Assembly: GCA_903831265.1 (NCBI GenBank)
Contig: CAIKXD010000174.1
Location: 44,064 to 108,063 of the forward strand
DNA length: 64,000 nucleotides
Direction: 5' to 3'
DNA from: an uncultured Bacteroidota bacterium
Lineage (GTDB): Bacteria > Bacteroidota > Bacteroidia > UBA4408
Part shown: piece by piece, positions 56,680 through 64,000 of the stretch
Layout: every line of letters starts with the position of its first letter
Position numbering within the stretch: position 1 is the first letter of the stretch
Notes under the pieces: generated by a model
What the model saw: only the letters and a program-made list of their open reading frames with translations
What the model was told of the DNA's origin: nothing
Databases searched by the model: none
Position numbers and translations under genes: made by a program

Positions 56680-57516
56680 TTAACCTAAGGCTACTCTTTT
56701 AAAACCAGTAGAAGTGAGGCCTTTTTCACTATCGTTCATGTATTGGGCAACAGTTTTTTTATTGTCTTTTATAAAGTCTTGATTTAACAATGTGTTTTCT
56801 TTATAGAACTTGTTTAACTTACCCAAGGCAATTTTTTCAAGCATTTCTTCTGGTTTGCCTTCAGCTCTTGCTTGTTCTTTACCAATTTCAATTTCACGCT
56901 CTAAAATTGAGGCATCTACTTGGTCTTTATCTAAGGCTACTGGAGCCATCGCTGCTGCTTGCATAGCCACATCACGCATCACTTGCTCATCAGCAGTTTT
57001 GTTAAAACCAACTATAGTAGCTACTCTATTTCCAGGATGATTGTAAACTGTTACACATTCAGCGGCAACAAATTCGTATTTTCCTAATTCAATCTTTTCA
57101 CCTATTTTACCTACGTAATCAGTAATATTTTCAGCAATTGATCTTCCATCAATAGTTAATGCGTTAAGCGCATCGATATTTTCCGGTTTGTTCGCCATAG
57201 CTATATCACTAATTTTGTTTGCAAAAGATGTAAAATCAGCATTTATAGCAACAAAATCAGTTTCGCAATTCAAAGAAATAATAGCACCAAATTTCTTATC
57301 GTCAGATAGTTTAGCAATTACGTATCCTTCTTTAGCTTCACGGTCGCCACGGTTTGCGGCAACTTTCTGTCCTTTTTTTCTAAGGATATCAACAGCTTTT
57401 TCAAAATCGCCTTCAGCTTCAGTTAAAGCTTTTTTGCAATCCATCATTCCGGCACCTGTTTGTGTGCGTAATTTATTTACATCGGCTGCAGTAATATTCA
57501 CAGTAGTTGATGACAT
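56680..57516 (-). CDS. tsf: Translation elongation factor Ts.
   Basis: UBA-like N-terminus (LRTQTGAGMMDCKKAL) and EF-Ts dimerisation domain. Confidence 0.9.
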   Translation of the reverse strand: MSSTTVNITAADVNKLRTQTGAGMMDCKKALTEAEGDFEKAVDILRKKGQKVAANRGDREAKEGYVIAKLSDDKKFGAIISLNCETDFVAINADFTSFANKISDIAMANKPENIDALNALTIDGRSIAENITDYVGKIGEKIELGKYEFVAAECVTVYNHPGNRVATIVGFNKTADEQVMRDVAMQAAAMAPVALDKDQVDASILEREIEIGKEQARAEGKPEEMLEKIALGKLNKFYKENTLLNQDFIKDNKKTVAQYMNDSEKGLTSTGFKRVALG

Positions 57517-57536
57517 GTTAGTTAGAGTATATTAAA

Positions 57537-58343
57537 TTATGACTTTCTTGTTCTTTTTCCTTTACGTTCTCCATCTTCGCTAGCAACTGTTTCAGCAACA
57601 GCCGTTAATTCAGCTTGATCTTTATCAGCACTTTCATCATCCTTGTCTTTATCTACTTTTCTTTCTGAAAGACCTTCTTGAATTGCTTTAACAACAGATT
57701 CCATAATTACCTGAACCGATTTTGCTGCATCATCATTTGCAGGAATAGCGTAATCAACAATGTTTGGATTAGAGTTGGTATCTACAATAGCAAATGTAGG
57801 AATGTTTAGTCTGCGAGCTTCTGCCACCGCAATATGTTCTTTGCTGATGTCAACAATAAACAATGCAGCAGGAAGTCTAGATAAATCAGAAACAGAACCT
57901 AAAGTTTTTTCTAATTTTTCTCTTTCTCTAGAAATCAACAAGCGCTCTTTTTTGTTGATATTTTCCCATGTTCCGTCAGTTGCCATTCTATCGATGGTAC
58001 CCATTTTTTTAATGGCTTTACGAATCGTAGCAAAGTTAGTTAACATACCACCAGGCCATCTCTCAGTAACATAAGGCATGTTAATGTTTTTAACTGTATT
58101 AGCAACCACATCTTTAGCTTGCTTTTTTGTAGCCACAAACATGATTTTTTTACCCGACTTAGCAATTTGCTTTAAAGCCTCGCAAGCCTCATCTAATTTA
58201 GCTACTGTTTTATTAAGGTCAATGATATGAATACCATTTTTTTCCATAAATATGTATGGAGCCATAGCAGGATTCCACTTGCGGGTAAGGTGACCAAAAT
58301 GAACACCAGCTTCTAAAAGATCGTTATAATTTGCTCTTGACAT
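57537..58343 (-). CDS. rpsB: 30S ribosomal protein S2.
   Basis: LLEAGVHFGH..R.WNP.M N-terminus and an acidic/K-rich C-terminal extension. Confidence 0.9.
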   Translation of the reverse strand: MSRANYNDLLEAGVHFGHLTRKWNPAMAPYIFMEKNGIHIIDLNKTVAKLDEACEALKQIAKSGKKIMFVATKKQAKDVVANTVKNINMPYVTERWPGGMLTNFATIRKAIKKMGTIDRMATDGTWENINKKERLLISREREKLEKTLGSVSDLSRLPAALFIVDISKEHIAVAEARRLNIPTFAIVDTNSNPNIVDYAIPANDDAAKSVQVIMESVVKAIQEGLSERKVDKDKDDESADKDQAELTAVAETVASEDGERKGKRTRKS

Positions 58344-58387
58344 GAGTTAATTTAAATTTCTTGATTATAAAATAATTGTAAATAAGA

Positions 58388-58774
58388 TTAACGCTTACTG
58401 AACTGGAATCTCTTACGAGCTTTCTTTTGACCAGGCTTTTTACGTTCAACCATTTTAGGGTTACGTGTAAGTAAACCCAATGGTTTTAAAGTTAAACGAT
58501 GCTCAGCATTAATTTCAACTAAAGCTCTTGAAATAGCTAGTCTCGCAGCCTCTGCTTGTCCTGTAATTCCTCCTCCATCAACATTAACTTTAACATCATA
58601 GTTGCCCGAAATATTACAAGCAGCAAATGGTTGAACTACTTTTGACTGAAGAGGTCCAGTTTTAAAGTATTCTTTATAGTCTTTATTGTTAACAGTGATT
58701 ACACCGCTTCCAGATTGCACATAAACACGTGCTACAGCAGTTTTTCTTCTACCAATGGTATTTGTTACTTCCAT
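58388..58774 (-). CDS. rpsI: 30S ribosomal protein S9.
   Basis: 128 aa. C-terminal ...KKARKRFQFSKR. Confidence 0.9.
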   Translation of the reverse strand: MEVTNTIGRRKTAVARVYVQSGSGVITVNNKDYKEYFKTGPLQSKVVQPFAACNISGNYDVKVNVDGGGITGQAEAARLAISRALVEINAEHRLTLKPLGLLTRNPKMVERKKPGQKKARKRFQFSKR

Positions 58775-58779
58775 TTTGC

Positions 58780-59235
58780 TTATTTAATAGTATTAAGTTT
58801 AACCAATGTTGGCTTTTGAGCTTCGTGCGGATGCTCAGTCCCTGCATAAACAAAAAGATTACGCTCTAAAGCACTCCCTAATTTAGTTTTAGGAATCATG
58901 CCATGCACAGCTTTTGTGATTACTCTGGTAGGATGTTTTGCTAAAACCTCTTCAGGTGTTGCAAATCTTTGACCTCCCGGGTAACCGGTATATCTTACAT
59001 ATTGCTTATCGGTTAATTTATTTCCGGTAAGTTTTACTTTTTCAGCATTGATGATGATTACGTTATCGCCACAATCAACGTGTGGAGTATATTCTGGCTT
59101 ATTTTTGCCACGTAATATCTTAGCAACTTTTGATGATAAACGACCTAAAACTTCATTTTCAGCGTCTATTAATATCCATTGCTTATTTACTGTTGCCCTA
59201 TTGGCAGAAACGGTTTTGTAACTTAAACTATCCAC
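58780..59235 (-). CDS. rplM: 50S ribosomal protein L13.
   Basis: 151 aa. WILIDAENEVLGRLSS..A..L.GK N-terminal signature. Confidence 0.9.
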   Translation of the reverse strand: MDSLSYKTVSANRATVNKQWILIDAENEVLGRLSSKVAKILRGKNKPEYTPHVDCGDNVIIINAEKVKLTGNKLTDKQYVRYTGYPGGQRFATPEEVLAKHPTRVITKAVHGMIPKTKLGSALERNLFVYAGTEHPHEAQKPTLVKLNTIK

Positions 59236-59525
59236 TTTTTTCTATGTTTAAATGTTTTGCTTCCTCAAAAAGAGGGGTGCAAATGTAAAAACAATTTTTG
59301 TTTTGACCAAAATTATGCACATTAAATTTGTTGAAAAGTCCACTTTTTAGTTAATAAGTCTTAAAGCCTACTTAATCAATAAGTTACGATGATCATAATT
59401 ATTCGAAATTGGTCAGGGGTTGATTAAATTAAGTCATTTTGCGAAAATATTCCCCAAATTACTCAGATTCACTAGTAGGATATATAATCAAATTAACCTA
59501 TAATATTTAATAAATGCCCAAACCA

Positions 59526-60446
59526 TTATTCAACGATTAACTTTTCAAAGTATATATTGTTGCTAGTTTTAACTTCAACAAAATATATGCCCTGGCTTTG
59601 TGTTTCTAGTTCAACTGTTAAGTTAAAATTATCTTTAGCTATAATTTTAGAATTAATTAATTGTAAATTACTGTTATAAACATTAATGCTTTTTACTAAT
59701 GATTTTGAGATATTAATGTCCACTTCTCCAATTGAAGTTGGGTTGGGTGATAAAATTAATGAAGGTTTTTTGTTTGCAATTAATGCTATACCAACAGAGG
59801 TATTTACAATTGGAAAAATGGCATAATCCACATTTAATGGCCAATTATATTTTAGTGTGTACCAATTTCCAGAGGCATCTTGTTCCCACGATTGCTCTCT
59901 AGTGCCACTATCGCCATCTTTATTGGTGTATAACGCAATTGTATCTAAAGCATTTAGTTGGTCAAAATCAATTCCAATGGCAAAATAACTATCAGTAAAT
60001 ATGGGGCTATTATAAAGCAAAAGATTGCCGTTTAACGTGTCTATGTCGCTAACTTTAATAGAGTCTTTATAAAAAACTGTTCCGGGGCAGGGTACTGCAT
60101 TGCTTACAATGCTATTTCGGCCTAAATTGTCAATATGGTAGAAATTAACTCCTACATAAGAAGAATCGTTTAATGAGTTAAAAGACTTATACCCAAAATG
60201 TATCATCACAGCATATATGTTGCAAACATTACCTGCATTAAATTCCTGTGCCTTAGATCGGTCTAAATAGGCATTGTTCCCAGAAACAAATCCACCTCCA
60301 GGCGATGCATAGGTTTTGTAGGACAGACTGTCAAAATATTGTTTATTGAGTGTATCGTTTTCTGATAAAAGAGAAAGATGATTGCAATAAGCAATACTAT
60401 AATTACATGTTAAAATAATGTATAGCGCAAATAGGAATCTAGGCAT
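59526..60446 (-). CDS. Secreted protein of unknown function with C-terminal T9SS sorting domain.
   Basis: Signal peptide MPRFLFALYIILTCNYSIAYC. C-terminal ILSPNPT...INVYNSNLQLI...GIYFVEV...EKLIVE. Confidence 0.55.
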   Translation of the reverse strand: MPRFLFALYIILTCNYSIAYCNHLSLLSENDTLNKQYFDSLSYKTYASPGGGFVSGNNAYLDRSKAQEFNAGNVCNIYAVMIHFGYKSFNSLNDSSYVGVNFYHIDNLGRNSIVSNAVPCPGTVFYKDSIKVSDIDTLNGNLLLYNSPIFTDSYFAIGIDFDQLNALDTIALYTNKDGDSGTREQSWEQDASGNWYTLKYNWPLNVDYAIFPIVNTSVGIALIANKKPSLILSPNPTSIGEVDINISKSLVKSINVYNSNLQLINSKIIAKDNFNLTVELETQSQGIYFVEVKTSNNIYFEKLIVE

Positions 60447-60472
60447 AGTATGTTAATGGATTGTGCAAAAAT

Positions 60473-60504
60473 AAGAAAACCCACCAAATAGGTGGGTTTT
60501 CTTA
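60473..60504 (-). terminator. Rho-independent terminator (usable bidirectionally) downstream of the 613-aa T9SS cargo gene.
   Basis: AAGAAAACCCACC-aaata-GGTGGGTTTTCTT perfect 13-bp stem with flanking A/T tracts. Confidence 0.7.
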
Positions 60505-60523
60505 TTAATTTATTAAGTTAATT

Positions 60524-62365
60524 TTACTTTGTAACAAACATTTTCTTTGTTACACTTTTACCATTGCTAGTTAAAGTATAATTATAAGCACCAGCAGCAA
60601 AATCTGCAGCGTTAAGCACTATATTATGATTTCCAGCACTTAAATTTTGATTCTCGATAACTCTAACAATACGTCCAGCTAAATCAGTAACAGTAAAGTT
60701 AACGTTTGAAGCTTCAGTTAACGTGTATTGAATTGTAGTTTGAGTATTAAATGGATTTGGTTGATTTTGAACAAGTGTAATGTTTTGCGCATCAAGCTCT
60801 TCAACACCAACTGTATTGTGTACATTTAATCTAACCATTGGAGTTCCACCTAACAAAAACCATTCTGGTGTAGCAGCATCTGTATCATACAAAAATGCAC
60901 CTAAGCCATCTTCAAAATCAGTACCACTTGCTAAAACTAATGGCAAACCGCCTACATAAGAAACAGCAGCAACGTAAAATTTAGTTGCAGAAGTTAATTG
61001 AACAGGACTTGTTAACTTAATAGTAACAAATTTAGGGTTAAGATTAGGAGCAGCAGCGCTTCCTGTAGTATTAATTTGTGAAGCTTGGATTGTGTAATCA
61101 GCTGAAGAACCAATTTCTACTGGATCAGTACCACTGAAGTCATAAATTTTTACACTTGCAATTGTACCTGCATCTGTTGTGCCTTGCATTGCAAAAGATA
61201 CTGATGTAGCAAAAGCATCAGTTTGAATTTCAAAAAGATTACCAATCACATAGGCGTTTCCGTCTGTTCCTGTTAAACCATTATAAAGACCGTTACCAGT
61301 ATATATGCCATTGTCTCTTGCATAAATTGAATCTGTTACATTTACAGTAAATGTTTTGCTGTTATCACCAGGATTTGCATCAATTTGACCAGATTTTGCT
61401 GTAATTGTAACATTTAATGGACCAATTGCATTTGGTGTAAACGTATTAACAATAAACAAAGAATCAGATTGACCAGGATTTAAAGTTACTACTGCACTTG
61501 AATCTGAAAATAAAGGAGCACTCACTGTTGCTTTCAATGCAGCATCACTTTGGCTTGCTCCACCTTGGTTAGAAACATAACCTGAAAAAGAAAAAGGTTG
61601 AACTTGTTCTAAAGGCACACGAGAATATTCTGTGCTAAAGGTATTTCCAATTTGCAAATCAAAGTCAGGTGCGTCTTCAAGGCTTATATCATCAACCATC
61701 CAAGCGTAAGCACAACCACCATTAGTACCAAAAGCAGCAGTAGTACTGTAAAAAGTAAATCTAATCCAAACTGTAGCTTGATTACCAGCAACAGAAGTGA
61801 TGTTTAGGCTTACCACTTGAGGATTTGTAGTAGATTGATTAGTTGCGAAATTTGAATTAACCTGAAATTTAGTCCAAGATGTACCATTGGTTGATACTTC
61901 TACAAATGTGGAATCGAAATAATTTCTGTAGTTTTCCTCAAATTTTAAAATAACGCCTGGATGTCCAGAGCAGTCAATTGATTGGGCAGTGGTTAAATGA
62001 GCATTTTGATTTCCAGAACATAATAAGTCTGAATCAAAAAGAGCAAAACCATTTGCAGCAGACGTAGAAGCAATTCCTGCAATTGGAAAAGTACCCGCAG
62101 GGACACCTGTACCAATTACCCAATTGTCAGCATTTCCTGAGCTGTTCGAAATAGTCCAATCTGCAGGAACCGAAAGGTCGTTAGTCCATATTACAGCACG
62201 ATTTGAGCTCGTTTCTTGTGAAATTGCTCCTGTGGCTTGTATAATACTATTGTTTTTTTTGATTTGTTTACCAATGTTATCATTGGCAGCATCAACTTTG
62301 GTTAAAAACGCAGAACCCAACAAGATACTTGCAGAGATCAGCGCAATAGAGTAGTTTTTTTTCAT
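60524..62365 (-). CDS. Secreted protein of unknown function (613 aa) with C-terminal T9SS sorting domain.
   Basis: Signal peptide MKKNYSIALISASILLGSAFLT. C-terminal LVQNQPNPFNTQTTIQY...VTDLAGRIV...GAYNYTL...KKMFVTK. Confidence 0.55.
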   Translation of the reverse strand: MKKNYSIALISASILLGSAFLTKVDAANDNIGKQIKKNNSIIQATGAISQETSSNRAVIWTNDLSVPADWTISNSSGNADNWVIGTGVPAGTFPIAGIASTSAANGFALFDSDLLCSGNQNAHLTTAQSIDCSGHPGVILKFEENYRNYFDSTFVEVSTNGTSWTKFQVNSNFATNQSTTNPQVVSLNITSVAGNQATVWIRFTFYSTTAAFGTNGGCAYAWMVDDISLEDAPDFDLQIGNTFSTEYSRVPLEQVQPFSFSGYVSNQGGASQSDAALKATVSAPLFSDSSAVVTLNPGQSDSLFIVNTFTPNAIGPLNVTITAKSGQIDANPGDNSKTFTVNVTDSIYARDNGIYTGNGLYNGLTGTDGNAYVIGNLFEIQTDAFATSVSFAMQGTTDAGTIASVKIYDFSGTDPVEIGSSADYTIQASQINTTGSAAAPNLNPKFVTIKLTSPVQLTSATKFYVAAVSYVGGLPLVLASGTDFEDGLGAFLYDTDAATPEWFLLGGTPMVRLNVHNTVGVEELDAQNITLVQNQPNPFNTQTTIQYTLTEASNVNFTVTDLAGRIVRVIENQNLSAGNHNIVLNAADFAAGAYNYTLTSNGKSVTKKMFVTK

Positions 62366-62444
62366 TTTTATTTATTTAATGTTTTTATTAAAATTGACCG
62401 CAAATTAAGAAAAAAGTTTAATATTAATGTAATATATTTTTAAC

Positions 62445-64000
62445 TTAAGCCTCAACAACTTGATTTTCATAGCTTTCGATAGGAGGGCATGCACAAATTA
62501 AATTTCTGTCGCCATAGGCATTGTCAACCCTTGATACGCTTGGCCAAAACTTGGCTTCTTTTATCCAATTTAAAGGATATACTGCTTTTTCTCGTGAGTA
62601 GGCATGTTTCCAAGAGCCATTGATCACCGACTTTGCAGTATGTGGAGCGTTTTTTAATACGTTATCATCCTTATCTGCAATACCATTTATAACTTCATCA
62701 ATTTCTTTTCTGATTTCAATCATGGCATCACAAAACTTATCTAATTCAACCTTTGATTCACTTTCGGTTGGCTCAACCATAATTGTATCGGGCACAGGAA
62801 AAGAAACAGTTGGTGCATGAAAACCGTAATCCATCAATCTTTTTGCAATATCTCCTACTTCAATATGAGCGGTGCGTTTAAATTCGCGGCAATCTAAAAT
62901 CATTTCATGCGCACATCTTCCATTGCTTCCGCTGTATAACGTTGGAAAGGAGTTCTTTAACTTTTCCTTAATATAGTTAGCATTTAAGATAGCAATTTTA
63001 GTGGCATCAGTTACACCATCCGCTCCAAGCATTTTAATGTAGCCGTATGAAATTAACAGAATAAGCGCACTACCCCAAGGGGCAGCAGATACAGCATGTA
63101 TTGCTTTTTCACCACCTGTTTTTACAAGGGCATGACCTGGTAAGAAAGGCACCAATTGTGGGGCAACTCCAATTGGACCCATGCCTGGGCCACCACCACC
63201 GTGCGGAATAGCAAATGTTTTATGTAAATTTAAGTGGCAAACATCGGCTCCAATATTTCCTGGACTTGTTAATCCAACTTGAGCATTCATATTTGCACCA
63301 TCCATGTATACTTGACCACCATTTTGATGAATAATATCTGTAATTTCTTTGATGCTTTCTTCATAAACACCATGTGTAGACGGATAAGTTACCATTAAAC
63401 ATGATAGTTCATTTTTGTGTTTTTCAGCTTTTTCTTTTAAATCAGCGACATCTATATTTCCTTTTTCGTCACACTTTACAACAACAATTTTCATTCCGCA
63501 CATAGCCGCAGAAGCGGGATTGGTGCCGTGTGCAGACGAAGGAATTAATGATACATTACGGTGGTGATCTCCTCGCGACTCATGATAAGCTCTGATTACC
63601 ATTAAGCCTGCATATTCACCTTGTGCACCTGAATTGGGTTGAAAGCTCATGGCCGCAAAACCTGTAATTTCACATAAATCTTTTTCTAATTGGTCAATTA
63701 TTTCTTTGTATCCTATAGTTTGATTGCTAGGGGCAAAGGGATGCATATTGGCAAATTCGGGCCAAGTGATGGGATATAATTCAGATGCTGCATTCAATTT
63801 CATAGTACATGAACCTAAAGAAATCATAGAATGTGTAAGAGACAAATCCTTATTTTCTAAACGTTTGATGTAACGCATCATTTCGCTTTCTGAATGATAC
63901 ATACTAAAAATTGGATGCGTTAAAATGGGTGTTTTTCTTGCCAATTCAGACGTTTCAATAAGATTTTTAGAATTGCCTATTTGAACATCTTTTACATAAC
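62445..64000 (-). CDS. gcvP: Glycine dehydrogenase (decarboxylating) GcvP, C-terminal half. The gene continues beyond the right window edge.
   Basis: [42 protein letters not shown] matches the start of the second PLP-fold half of single-chain GcvP. The reading frame is open to the window end. Confidence 0.85.
   Translation of the reverse strand, partial: YVKDVQIGNSKNLIETSELARKTPILTHPIFSMYHSESEMMRYIKRLENKDLSLTHSMISLGSCTMKLNAASELYPITWPEFANMHPFAPSNQTIGYKEIIDQLEKDLCEITGFAAMSFQPNSGAQGEYAGLMVIRAYHESRGDHHRNVSLIPSSAHGTNPASAAMCGMKIVVVKCDEKGNIDVADLKEKAEKHKNELSCLMVTYPSTHGVYEESIKEITDIIHQNGGQVYMDGANMNAQVGLTSPGNIGADVCHLNLHKTFAIPHGGGGPGMGPIGVAPQLVPFLPGHALVKTGGEKAIHAVSAAPWGSALILLISYGYIKMLGADGVTDATKIAILNANYIKEKLKNSFPTLYSGSNGRCAHEMILDCREFKRTAHIEVGDIAKRLMDYGFHAPTVSFPVPDTIMVEPTESESKVELDKFCDAMIEIRKEIDEVINGIADKDDNVLKNAPHTAKSVINGSWKHAYSREKAVYPLNWIKEAKFWPSVSRVDNAYGDRNLICACPPIESYENQVVEA

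Overview
This window reads as a chromosomal segment of a low-GC Bacteroidota genome (Flavobacteriia- or Cytophagia-like), judged from type IX secretion (T9SS) and gliding-motility genes, Por-type C-terminal sorting domains and a TAnnTTTG-style promoter. Housekeeping genes make up much of the content: greA, murI, ppk2, pdxJ, ssb, purL, mtaB, lgt, recQ, the rplM-rpsI-rpsB-tsf-pyrH-frr cluster, a 3' gcvP fragment and three tRNAs. The accessory part is dominated by cell-surface/T9SS biology: (i) a PorU-like/PorV-like pair at the left edge; (ii) a 9-kb gene for a 3006-aa SprB-like adhesin with a type-B gliding C-terminal domain, followed by sprF (PorP/SprF) and an OmpA-family lipoprotein; (iii) gldE run in-frame into a gldD-like lipoprotein; (iv) at least seven T9SS cargo proteins with C-terminal sorting domains, including a cutinase/PETase-like esterase, a pentaheme c-type cytochrome and an FG-GAP/ASPIC-UnbV protein. 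Other notable items are a SiaB/SiaC-like partner-switch pair lacking SiaA/SiaD, and two ~1.3-kb modules (HAD hydrolase plus tRNA-Met; a DUF4143 AAA ATPase) each bracketed by 103-123-bp near-identical direct repeats that look like insertion footprints. There are also hairpin-containing intergenic repeats and a GGCACATTG minisatellite. I found no CRISPR array, transposase, integrase or prophage genes. Every call rests on reading motifs in the ORF translations and the DNA; no database search was run.
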